Below are positions 44,380 to 56,707 of a stretch of 64,000 nt of DNA, one piece after another (the stretch's first letter is position 1; the number at the start of each line of letters is the position of its first letter). A model generated the notes under the pieces. It did not search any database, was not told the origin of the DNA, and saw only the letters and a list, made by a program, of their open reading frames with translations. The position numbers and the translations under genes were made by a program. Origin of the DNA: Bigelowiella natans CCMP2755 (taxonomy: Eukaryota > Protista > Cercozoa); assembly GCA_000320545.1 (NCBI GenBank), contig ADNK01001802.1:31042-95041 (forward strand), read 5' to 3'.

Positions 44380-44562
44380 CTGTTATTCTGTTTGTTGGTG
44401 AGAATTGAGGGAATTTCGGATGAGCGACAAGCAATAATAACAGTTTAAATTTGCTAGTTTGCTAGCTATCTATTTGTCTGAAAATAATAACCAGGGCAGC
44501 AGTAGTAGCACAGTCCCCTCCTCCTCCTCCTCCTGACTACAAGCAGCCTCTGGATAATACCC

Positions 44563-45165
44563 ATGCTGTCCAAACTGGTGATCTTGCTACATGTCTAACC
44601 GAATTGTATCGTTTATCGTTCCGAGTTTGTAGTATGGAATGAGCTGATGCTGAACCCGGGTGGGGGGGAATGTTTGTGTGCGTCCAGAGTGAGTACCCAA
44701 AAACAATCGCCACAGCCGTCGGAGCAGCGGGATGTGTTGCGGCCGGGCTATACCTTTATACAAAGTACATTGTTGTCGCAGCACATACATACGTACACAT
44801 GAGGACAAGCATTGTTACATTGCACAATAGACTACTAATACTACCCTCCCCTTACCTACCCCTACTTAATTAATTTGCCACCTCCATTTTAATTTGGTGT
44901 TCAAGATCGCGGACGGATGAGGAGTTTTCTCTGGATGAATGCAGTGCGATGCCAATGAAAGTCAACCTATAGAATAACCCCCTTTCTTAACCTATGTGCT
45001 GCACAAGATCATTAATTAGACACGATGACCTCCCCATAATTTAACATCCTACACCCAGACGTCAGCACTGAAATTTCCTGAGATTACCGGAGCTGACAAA
45101 GCAAACCATTTTTCTTCCAGGCAGAAGAAAATGAAGGTTGATTAGTGTTCTGAATGAGAACTGCC

Positions 45166-45200
<35 letters not shown>

Positions 45201-45651
45201 ATATATTATTGTCTCTTGTTTGCTCAACACAACACTGTTTTAGGAGCTTCCAGACGAATATTTCTACATACCAAAATCAAAGAAGGAAGGGGATGAGAAG
45301 GATAAAAAGAGTGACGACCATTGTTTGGAGAATAATCCCATTCAAATACTCAAGACGAAAATAGTAACTCATAATTTGTAGCAGCAGCCTCGTTCTTGCT
45401 CTCAGTCAGCAGCAGTCACGATAACATGCTCTATCTGTAGGCAAAAGTTGACCACGTGCGTGACTACGTCAAGAACTTAAAATGGAGAGAAAATAGATTT
45501 CAGAGATCTATGGCCTCTCGCATTGATAAAGGTGAAATCATCTCTGAGCAAGGAAATCTTTAGAACTAAGTAGTAGCGACAAGTGACATACATGGTTTTC
45601 TCATGTTTCTATCATTTTCAATGTTCTCACCTTGGCTGGAATGGGGAGGAC

Positions 45652-45699
<48 letters not shown>

Positions 45700-46947
45700 G
45701 ACATGGATTTTTTGACACGACGTTAGAATAGAATTCGTACGCACGGTTGCATTTGTTGATATGTTTTTAACGATGGTGTATATAGGTACCCCCAAGGGCA
45801 GAATCTATGGGTCTTACACCAACGATAATGATGTGGTGTGTACGTAGTAGTAGGGAACAATCGCTATTTTGTTGCAGCAGTCAAAATCACTTAAATACGA
45901 TTACCAATGATTGTGGGGATGATCCATGACGTGGTAGATAGCTGCTATGTTCATAGAGTACAAAGTACCATATCATCAATACCATCATCAACAACAACTA
46001 CTTCATCGTTATTTTCATCATTTCAATTCCATCGTTCTTCCAAAGACTGGTTTAAATAGAAGGCGAGAAGAATAAGATGATGGGAAAGAGGGGGGGAACG
46101 AGGATCTTCCATTATTCTCTTCGTAAAGACAGCACTATAATACGTGACTATATGGAAAAATAACAACCCCTTAACACAGGTGCTCTTTGATATCGTGAGA
46201 GGAGACAAAAGCAAGGTAGATATAGTACCATTTCTTGTTTCTTAAATTACTCGTTCTGCATGTCTATTTCTCTTCTTCCTGGGGCAATCAGCGAGCGGGA
46301 ACGAGGACGATTTGTTGGTTTGTGATATTATCGTGATACAGATCTTTAGAGCAGCCCACATGCATTTGAAACATCACAGCACCATTTTTTAAATGGATAT
46401 TTGACGTTATTATTACCATCAAAGTCGTTATTTCTACCGTTTTTTTGGTTTCAGACCGAGGCAATGGGGTTTCGCCGTGCAGGGGCTAGAAAGCACATAT
46501 GCTGGGATGCTAAGCAAGTGTGCGCGTGCATAGTCACGTGTGGGGGGCTCTGCCCAGGTCTCAACGTCGTTATCAATGAGATCGGTGAGTAGTAGTTGTT
46601 GTTGTTAGTAGTAGTATTAGTATTAGTAGTAGTAATAGTAGTAGTACGTGGTAACTGCGAAGAGGAAGTTAGATAGAAAAAGAAGATACTAGCCAGAGGG
46701 GTAATTACACCCACTTGAGTTGCAAGCCTATAGGCTATATTGACTTCCTCTAAGAGTGGAGAAGCATTTATGCTGCTACACGCCGCTGATGACGTTATTT
46801 TGTTGATTGCGACAGTGGAAGTGCTCTATTTTGAGTACGGCGTCGATAAGATATACGGTGTAAAGGTGAGATGGCAATGATCTCTAGTACAAATGATGAT
46901 GACGATGATAGCTATGCAAGCCATGATAATGGTGATGAGGGCGATGG

Positions 46948-46980
<33 letters not shown>

Positions 46981-48181
46981 CAGCAGTGATGGTTGGGATA
47001 ATGGAGATAGAAGTGCTTCCAAACAACCCCCTCTCATGTTCTCACACACATATACACATGCACTACCATTGCAGGGAGGATATCGTGGATTGATGAAGGG
47101 TGGGTACGGTTTTACTAAGCTTGACCCTAAGGCTGTATGTGGTATCAACCTGCAAGGAGGAACTATTCTATGGTCTTCAAGGGGGGGACTTTCTCCAAAC
47201 TCTTCGGAAGCTGAAGTTGAAGAGTAGGATGATTACCTCACACCAGTCACAGCATCATCTATCCTCTAATATGCTGCCCATTCCCTTGAAGAAGCAGCTC
47301 AGAAAGCAGTGTGGGAGGGTTGAAGGAGAAGTACAATGTATATTATTGTTGCATATATATAAATGGTGCTCCTTTTAATTCGATGGATTAATAATACGAG
47401 TTTCGGTGGTTTTTCTTCTTGTTCTTGCTGCTTTTCTCCTTCACCAGAGTGTTCCAGAAGCTAGATACTATAGGATGCAACATGGTAGTAGTTGTAATAA
47501 TAGTATAATAGTAGTAGGAGGAGGAGGAGGAGTACATCGGAAGTGAGCAATCAAGTTTCCTAGCTCCCCGAAAGAGAAGAAATAAGAGGAGATGATGATA
47601 TAGGCTATATGTTGCCATACGATAGTTGGATGTTTATCATTGGACGAGATAATGATGTGAATGATTGGTTTATGTAATAGCTATTCATCATTGGGGGAGA
47701 CGGAACCCATAGAGGTAAGTATCAATGTATGCACCACGTCCTTCCTTTCTCGCCCAAAGCATAGGAATAATAAGAAACTAAGAAACATATATTTTCATAA
47801 CAATAATGATGATATTACTACTATATGTTGTAATATTTTGTGGAAACGATGATGTGGGTGGATATGAGGAGGAAGAGGAAAGGGATGAGGAAAATAGAGT
47901 CATTAGCCAATCATCACCACAAGACAACGAATCACAAGCCCACGAGCGGCGACTCTACAACAATCGATATCATAGGTGCGTATCGACTATATCAGCACGC
48001 GAAGAAAAGTCACAGAAAAATGTGCATAGCCGGTAAGACGTTGTGTTGTGTTTGTATTTATTGAGCGGAGGGAAGGAGGGAGGGGAGGGGGAGGGGAGGA
48101 GACGGGGTGGTAACGACACGGCAATCAACACAAAACTCAATGATAGTCATGAAGGCTGTAACGATGAGGATTGTAGGTTGT

Positions 48182-48222
<41 letters not shown>

Positions 48223-48326
48223 GTGATAAATGCTGTATTAACAACCCCAAACTATATAAATTCAGGCGTCCCAAAGACCATCGATAATGACCTGGTAGTA
48301 AATACCACTTGTTTTCATTATTTCAA

Positions 48327-48371
<45 letters not shown>

Positions 48372-48510
48372 CCATGTTCGTAACACCCCTCCCCCCCTCA
48401 CGTCTTCCTCTTCATCCTTCTTCTCTTATATCAACAGGGGGTCATCGATAGCTCTTTCGGATTTAACACTGCTGTAGAGCAGGTTGTGTCGTGATATGTC
48501 GTGATATTGG

Positions 48511-48542
<32 letters not shown>

Positions 48543-48607
48543 ACAATGTGGGTAGGTAATGTGCTACAAAACGGAAAAAGAAGAATTACGTCTCAAAGAG
48601 GGGGGGG

Positions 48608-48650
<43 letters not shown>

Positions 48651-50746
48651 AGGGGAGAGAGAGGACAGAGTAAAAGATATGTGTTAAGGGTTATGTTTTT
48701 GTACATCTTTCTCTACTTCTTTGATTGATATATCATCGTGATCATCATCCAACTGCACACCTCCTCAATAAATGAATGAATCTTCAGGCAACCAAAGCCA
48801 TATTCTCCGCTGTGACGGAGGCCACGTGCAACAAGCCGAATGGTAAGTATTAATACACATAATACATAATATATTATTGAATATTTATATGCATGTGAAG
48901 AGCTGCAATACGCTTTTCCCATTATCTAAGAATCACGATACGAAAATCTAGCATGGACTGATGATATTCCTCCCGTATTGGTTCTTCTCTTAACATTCTC
49001 ATCATCATCATGGTCATCATCAGGTGTAGGCATTGTAAAGCTGATGGGGAGGCATGCAGGCTACATAGCTTGCCATGCGACACTAGCATCTCGGCAGGTA
49101 GAAAAGAGAGAAAGAGAGAAAGAGAGAGAGAGTGTGTGTGTAAGGACAGGGAGGACTGTATAAGTAGTAATAATACAAAAAGACAGAAATGATGGATTTC
49201 AGTTGAAGAATATGGTGTAGTAATAGTAGTAATAGTAGTAGTAGTAATTGTTGTTGTTGTTGTTGTAGTAACAGCTTACGTGAGAAACTTTAATGAGCGA
49301 TTGTGTGAAAATGATGATAAATGAGTCATCACTGCTACTAGCTCTCTCCAACGTCGTTCTTCAAATGGCTCTCAATAACAACAACAATAATAATAACGTG
49401 GGTACACGCAGGTTGATATGTGCCTCATTAATGAAGATCCATTCCTGGAGAACAACGTAAGTACCATCCTTCATTACACCACCTATTTCCTATATTTTTG
49501 CTGTGTTGCTGAGGATGATGATGTTGATGATGATGCGGCGTTGATTCTTAGCATATTCACGCATTATGATGATGATGATGGTGAAGAAGAAGATGATGAT
49601 GATAATAACAGTATCAATACTACTGCTATTAGTGCACAAAATCTAATATTGACTAATCACCCCCTGTTGGCACGATATCGGCCATTACCATACGAACAAG
49701 CCTTCTTCCGAATTCAACCACGATGATCTTTCTCTTCTTCTCTCCCATGTTCATCCTCCTCTCCCCCCCCCCTTCCTTGCTACTCTATTCTCACTAAGGG
49801 CCCAGAGGCCGTAGGGAATTACATCGAAGAAGCTGTTTCACGTAAGGGGTAAGTGGATAAGTACTGTACTTATGATAACATTACGGGTGGGTGATAATGA
49901 GTAGTCACTCTCTCTTCCCTCCTCCTCCTCCTCCTCCTCCTCCTCCTCCTCCTCCTCTTCCCTTCGTTGCTATTCCTTAGGCATGCGGTGATTGTTGTCG
50001 CGGAGGGGGCAGGTTCAACCTACCTGAAGAAACTCAGGCAAAAGCAGGCAGAAGAAGAACACCATGAGAATAAGAAGGATGCTAGCGGCAATGAGGTGCC
50101 AAGAAGAAAACTGCTGATGAATAGCATGTTGTTGTTGTTGATGATGATGGTGGTGGTGACGATGACAATGACGCTGAGAATAGATCTCCACGAGTATTGG
50201 ATATGGTATAGGAGGGGAAGTTGATCTTTTTCATGTAACAGAGATAATAGTGATAGTTAGCATGCGTAATGGCGTGAGAGTAGTGTGTTGTAGTATTTCT
50301 AATGTCTTTGATTACCTCTTCTCCTTCTCTCCGCAACAACACCAATCCTAACAATAGGCTCTGGCCTCTCCATGTGAGTTTCTCATCGACTACTTGAAGA
50401 AGCATTTCAAATCCAAGTAAGTTGTGTAGCTAGTCTTGTGAGTATGTTGGTGCGGGGATAATAGGAAGGGGGGAGCAGCTATGAAGGTGGTAGTAAACAC
50501 ACACGGAACAAGACTAAGTTTGATATAGTGGTAGTAGTGGTGGTGATGATGATGATGGATTCATGGGTTGCATCGTGCTGTCAAGGCATTGGTGTGTTTT
50601 GCGCGAAAACCTAATATTAGGAGCTTGCTATCATAATTGGAAAAATTACATGATGATGATGATGATGATGGCGATGATGATGATGAGTATGTATTTTAAA
50701 GTACTGGCTGGAAGTATTTAATACAGTTAATAATATCAATATCAAT

Positions 50747-50789
<43 letters not shown>

Positions 50790-51513
50790 ATATCAGAGGG
50801 AAGCCGGTTACTATCAAATACCACGATCCAAGCTATATGATTCGTAGCGTTCCCGCAAATGCATCTGACAACGTGTTATGTGTGGTGCTGGCCCAGGTAG
50901 CTGCTTTGCGTGTCTAGCATCCCCTCCTCGTGCATAAATGATGAGGAGGAGGAGGAGGATGATGATGATAATGATGACCAAACTAGTAGTAGTATAGGTG
51001 CTGCATAATAGACTATTGAGTACAGCTTCAATGAACATCTGTTTTGCTATATGTGTGTAACTATATATACATATATAATATGCCCCTGTTTGAGCTGCTA
51101 TACGATGATCTCCATTGCCTTCCTTCCTGATCGACGTCTCAACTAACGTACTCATACGATGATGATGCTGTATGATGATAGAATGCCGTGCATGGAGCGA
51201 TGGCAGGGTATACCGGATTTACCTCAGGAATCGTGAACAACCGAAGTGTCATGATCCCAATGCCTGTCATAATGGCCACAAGCCCGTCTTTTCTAAACCC
51301 TAAAGGACGCACATGTAATATGTATTTAGAATACAGCAGATCTTTGTGGCCATCTGACCATGATGATGGCGACCATGATGATGACGGTTACCACCCTCCA
51401 GTATTGAAAGTTGAAATAATTATCGGTTAATATATGATTTAGGGTCAAGAGTTCTTGCAGCTACCCAGCAGCCTGTCAGCAAAGGCCTGCATGGTTTTAT
51501 GCAAAGCAGTTAA
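44563..51513 (+). CDS. PFK: ATP-dependent 6-phosphofructokinase (plant/protist 'group X' type), multi-exon, with an N-terminal hydrophobic segment
   Basis: Spliced motifs [116 protein letters not shown]; stop TAA at 51511-51513. GGDG indicates ATP rather than PPi specificity. Confidence 0.95.
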
Positions 51514-52637
51514 AAGGGTAGGAGGGGAGGGAATGGAGGACGAGGAGGAGGAGGAGGAACAGCAGCGTACCCACGATCTGAAGCAGAGCTCTGATTTCAG
51601 TCAATGCTTAAGGATAGAGTAATCACTTAATCAATTTTTTTTGAACGTCGTTATAAATCTCACCTTGCTGTGTATAATTAAAAATCTCACCTTGCTGTGT
51701 ATAATGAGATCGATGATACATGGACGTATGTGTTATGGGGTTCAAATGATTGCGAGAGCCTGCTAGTAAACATTACATATGCATAGTTAGTCTGCAACTA
51801 CCATCGGCTTTGCTATACCCATGATTCTATGAGTCGATGTATTACAACAAATGATGAAAAGTCCTTCTATCGCGCGATGAGCAAAATGCTGCTTGTCATG
51901 TGCACGGTGATGCAATGCGGTGATCAACAATGAGCACCTATATAACACTGTGGCCGCGCAGCTTGGTCAAGTAAACTCTAGATGTACTGTTTAATTGGCG
52001 TACATTAGTAAATGAGTGTGTGCGGGACTACTGTTAAGCTAACTCTACAACTGTGTGTGCATCGCTCGCTCTCTAGCTCTTCTCTCAATAAGGGACGATA
52101 ATGCAAATACATTGTTGTGCATGTGAGACGGACGGTGTAACAAACTGAAAAAATCTTTTCAACAGTCGTCATTTTGATGTAGCTATGCAAAGCATGTACA
52201 TGGACGTACTGCTGCGACTAAGACATCTAGACATGCATGATGTATTTATTACTCGCCGATAAACTACCGAGGTCAATAAGATACGCACAATGATCTCATA
52301 TTTGTGATGACACATGTCATTGTACATCATATTAGCACAGCTAGATAGTCCCTACAGCTTATTACAACGGCGAACATGTCTAATGTATTATTGATGCATG
52401 TGGACGTCCACTAGGAATTAGCCTTGCTTATTTATAATTTGCAGGACATTTGATCAATTTTAACTATACACGTATGTTTTGCAGCACATACCCTCTATAG
52501 ATGCATGCCTGCAATAATGACATAAAAGCTGCCGTATGTATCGCCCGCCCTAGCGCAGTGATTTTATACAATAACGTCAGACGCACGTATATGAATTTAA
52601 CATTGTTTCGCGCATGGATTATAAAATGGTGTACATA

Positions 52638-53588
52638 TCAATCATCGTCAATGTATTCCACAATTCTGATTTTGCTCCACGGTGCGCCATGCCTTTTCAC
52701 CCATTCATGCAGCTGTGCGGATGGATGCAGATGTCTTGTACTTGGCGCATTTGGGCCACCGACCGTACCAGGGCAATGTCCATGATGTTTGGCTGCCATG
52801 CCCCCAATTATCCCCATGTTGAAATCATCGTGCTTTGAACGGCAGTAAGGATACATCCACAGATCACTACCCCACCCTCTTGCAAGGTAGATATGATCAC
52901 TAACATCCCACCAACATTCCCAAGCTCTCGCATTGAACACCATGATGAAAGCTTCAATACTAGAAACATTGATGATTTTGTGCTTGGCTCTTTGCGGTGT
53001 AAAGTTTACTATAGCTCTAGGTGTGGCCCCGTGTATCAATGGAGATACCATATCGAGCTTGTACCGCGCCATTGCTTGTGCTGCCTGATCCAAGCTGAAG
53101 CTCAAAAGCTCTACGTCGTCTTGCATTACGATGACATAGGAGTAATTAGACTGGGAAACTAGCATGGGGTGAACAAAGCGCTGCCAGTCTTGATATAATG
53201 CCCCAGGAGCGAAGCTCACGTAACACTGTTGCTCCAAGTCTCTAATAAATTTACTTTTGTTTTGCTTTACGAAGGCACTCCTTTCCACAAAGCTGCCAAT
53301 GAGACAATCCACCGTGATATTCTTTGATTCCCGCAGCATTCTTATATTGTTAAGAATAAATGTCTCGTTTCTATCACATCCAATGCCTAGGACTACGGCT
53401 AGAGCTCTTTTCACATCTTTGCTTATTCCCATCTTCGTGGGTTCAGAGAGATCGCCATTCAAGATTATAGTTGACATTTCATCATTCCGTTCTATAGAAA
53501 ACTTTTGTGAAAATTCGGCGTAAATAATCGAGAATGTCACAAGAAAGCAGACCCCAAGCCCTATTCGACCATCGAGGTATTTAACCAT
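52638..53588 (-). CDS. Intronless type-II membrane protein, DUF707-like putative glycosyltransferase
   Basis: First ATG at 53588 (MVKYLDGRIGLGVCFLVTFSIIYA, TM anchor). RFVHP..YSYVIVMQDDVEL..FS..MARYKLDMVSP and IEAFIMVFNARAWECWW..GWGSDL resemble recalled DUF707 motifs (RFLHP..YDYIFIWDED; VEIMAPVFSR.AWRCVW; GWGLD). Confidence 0.72.
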   Translation of the reverse strand: MVKYLDGRIGLGVCFLVTFSIIYAEFSQKFSIERNDEMSTIILNGDLSEPTKMGISKDVKRALAVVLGIGCDRNETFILNNIRMLRESKNITVDCLIGSFVERSAFVKQNKSKFIRDLEQQCYVSFAPGALYQDWQRFVHPMLVSQSNYSYVIVMQDDVELLSFSLDQAAQAMARYKLDMVSPLIHGATPRAIVNFTPQRAKHKIINVSSIEAFIMVFNARAWECWWDVSDHIYLARGWGSDLWMYPYCRSKHDDFNMGIIGGMAAKHHGHCPGTVGGPNAPSTRHLHPSAQLHEWVKRHGAPWSKIRIVEYIDDD

Positions 53589-53975
53589 GAAATGAACAGG
53601 ATAGGATCGAGCTTCTTCACGTGCATACAAAACCGCTCAGAACTATTCCTTCCCTCACTGAGCCCTCAATAGTCTCCTCATGCATGCCGCGGTATGTCTG
53701 AAGTCCATGCTGTGATAAGTGCCCTCCCCCCCAATAGATTAGGAGAGCAATCCCCCTACAGGCTTTCCGATCAGTTTCAGCAGCAGCCAGCCACGTAGGG
53801 CTCCTATTTTCTTTGGCTTTAGGTGTTTTTACCTTGTCGCAACATTAAAACGGAACGAATTTAGATACAAAAAACAGAGAGCTAGCGATGCCGCTCCCCC
53901 CTTAACTTCCCTCAGACGAGCGGAAATAGCGCCTCTAAGTAACTAGATATTGGATCCGTATAGGCATCAGGCTAC
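53589..53975. promoter_or_regulatory. Probable bidirectional promoter of the two glycosyltransferase genes
   Basis: ~390 bp between divergent ATGs. Confidence 0.4.
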
Positions 53976-55967
53976 ATGAGCGTCGTTGTCACCAGGAAAA
54001 CGAGCTTTTGGTTATGGGTTCCCGTTCTGGTCATCATAGGAATGGAGGCTCTGTCCTACATGTATGAAAGCGCCGAACTCGAGCGCTCGGTTTTGATTCC
54101 GGGATATGGATCGATGCGCAGTAGGCAAGAGGAACCTGCAGCCTTTCCTCAAATTGTCAGTAATAGCAGTAGTCTTGGAGACGGGCCTCAGAAGGAAGCT
54201 GGATGGCACACAAATGTTAAAGGTGGCGGGTACGTACAGCATCTGCAGGATATGGTGAAACAGTTCCCATCAGCAGGTCATCCAATGCCTCATCATATTG
54301 CAGAATGGGGAATGTGCAAGCCCTCCCAGGAGGGACCAAAATCGTCCCTGTTTGAACACACCATTAGAGTTTGTGTGGTAGGCCTTCCGTATGCAGGCAT
54401 AAGCTCCCCTACCTTCGGCCATGTTTGCCATGGGGTGAAGGTCTTATACTCAATGATGCGACGGCGGGGATTAGGGTAAGACTAGTATCCAAAATTGATG
54501 TGTTCTGTTTTTGCTCTTTCTTTGCATGCATGCATGCGTTTGTGCTAACAAAACCTGTACTGTTGCCTACTCGAAGTCCTCTTCTTCTTATTGTTATTTT
54601 CCCTATAACTTTTCTTATCTTATACTCTTCTCCGTCATTTTTTTTAATGCAGGCCATGGTTGGATAATTGCAAGGTGCAGCTCCAATTCAATGCCCCTGT
54701 GTTACCCGTAAACCACACGCAGAAGTTCCACAAAAATGCATCATGGCCAACTCAAAATGCCTGGATCCGAAAATCCTGGGGTGGGGCATATAATCTTTGG
54801 CGGCCATTTGTGCTTCCCCCGCCCCAGTTTTTCCGCGGCGTTTCAAGCTCTTGTGACGCCATCCACCACGAAGCTTACATACCCAAGGACGACAATATCC
54901 GCTGCGGATTTTGCAACGATCATAAATCGGCGATTGAGCTACCTTTTGTTTTGCTCCGACCAACGATGCCTTCTTATGAAGAAATCGCTGAACAGGAAGC
55001 TAACGCTACCCTATACATCTTGGATCGGTTGATTAATCAAGAAAAACAGCACCACCATTCTTCGAGATCTCCCCCAGTGCTCATTATGAAGCTAGACAAC
55101 GATCAAATGTACCAAGCTGTTCCTAGAGGAATATTTCGCCAAGGAAATGCAAGGCACAATCGTTTTCTACATAGAGCTGTGTCGCGGGCTCTTTCGATTC
55201 CGGATCGATACGAGGCAAGGTCCATTAGAATAACACAGGTCGTGAGAGGGAGCAAGGCCCCTCCTTCTGCACTAGGAAAGGGGATCAACGATGTATGCAA
55301 ACCAAGGAGGATTCGTAATAAGATGGAAGTTGAACAACAGCTGGCTGCTCTTTGTAAGAAGAAGGTTGCGGATACGAATATCGATCTCTGCAAATTCAAA
55401 GGTAACGTCGACTTCGCAAATCTTAATACTACAGAACAGATGCGGGTAGCAGCTTCTTCAGATATTTTCATATCGTATCACGGCTCCGCAATTGGACACC
55501 ACAACTGGATGCCGGACGATGCAATCTTGATCGAAGTCCTGCCAAGTAGGTATTTCTCAGGCTGGTGGGCGTTTCAAGAGGAGGACTCGATACGAAACAT
55601 GACGTGGGTGTTCGCATCGCACTCAAATGGAAGCACAATCAAAAATTGTGTAAAAAACAGTGAGAATATTGATTTGAAGCCTTGGCGGCCTGGTCCCTTC
55701 TGCGGAGGAAGAAGGCAGAAAGATACATGTCGTGCGTGGAATGCTTCCAACGTCATTCAAATGCTGGAGAGTATTTTGCCTAAATGCGAGCTTAGTCTCC
55801 GCGTAGGGAGACGTCAGTGCCTCAAAGAAGCTCTCGTTGAATGGCAGAAGAAATCAGCTAATGTGGGCTACTGGGTGTTCCCCAAGTTTGATAGACCAAA
55901 ACACATGTTCATGGAGATTGCAGATGATGGCAAGGGGAAAGATGATGTGTGGCCGGATGATAAGTAA
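53976..55967 (+). CDS. GT61-like glycosyltransferase, type-II membrane protein, one intron (54476-54652)
   Basis: N-terminal TM FWLWVPVLVIIGMEALSY. Phase-2 GT-AG intron (GG|gtaaga..tgcag|G CCA TGG). C-terminal VDFANLNTTEQMRVAASSDIFISYHGSAIGHHNWMPDDAILIEVLP matches the GT61 EQ..D..I..HG(A/S)..H..P..A..IE.P signature. Confidence 0.78.
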
Positions 55968-56500
55968 ACTCATCATGATTGGAGTCTGCAGGCGACTCTG
56001 GTGCATTTCAGAGTGCGCATTTCCAAGATTGTGAATTTAACACAGTCGCAGTGAGAATCTGACCTTTGCATATCTGTACGTCAGCATCGCATAGCAGCTG
56101 CAGTGTTGTCGCATACATTTTCCGTTGTCATTGATGCGCAAGTTTGCTAGCTGCCTCTTTCAACTGGAGGCACTCCGCGCACGGCAGTGGCGACGCGCAC
56201 CATCGCAGGGCCTCGTCTCATGCTAGCATGGGTGGGTGAAGGTGGGAAATCGACGATTTTATTTTTCGCTGTTACTCGTGACCCTGTATATATATATATG
56301 CTAGTGTAGACCGTGCTGTGAATTCGTGTGCCTTCGAGCACCGTCTTCCAGTACATTATTGGCGCACTGCTACGGCACGAACATCTAACTTGTAACGCAT
56401 GATAATCATCATGCTTCATGGAATGCGTAGCAAGCTGTTTTGATGGTGCATGCACAGCTCGGCTATGAGCGTTGTTTGCCATGGGTCAATATAGTGCCAT

Positions 56501-56660
56501 TTATGATACATTGACACTTTCTTTCTGTCGACAGAGTACTGTTTTAATTGCTGTTTCATAGGGTAACGGCAAATGGTCCCTAAATAGCCGTGATGTTATC
56601 ACAACCTCAGACAACTCTGCAGCTGCGACTTTACGCACGCCTGCATTAGAGTTATGCCCA

Positions 56661-56707
<47 letters not shown>

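Noticed and set aside
43461-44380. RIP or CpG-methylation decay as the cause of the TG/CA excess
   Set aside because: RIP increases TpA and methyl-CpG decay removes CpG; here TpA is lost and CpG is abundant.
43498-44434. Long overlapping ORFs (43498-44040 +, 43805-44434 -, 44049-44408 +) as genes or a transposase
   Set aside because: Frames are open because TAA/TAG are depleted. No recognisable domain, terminal repeats or target-site duplication was seen.
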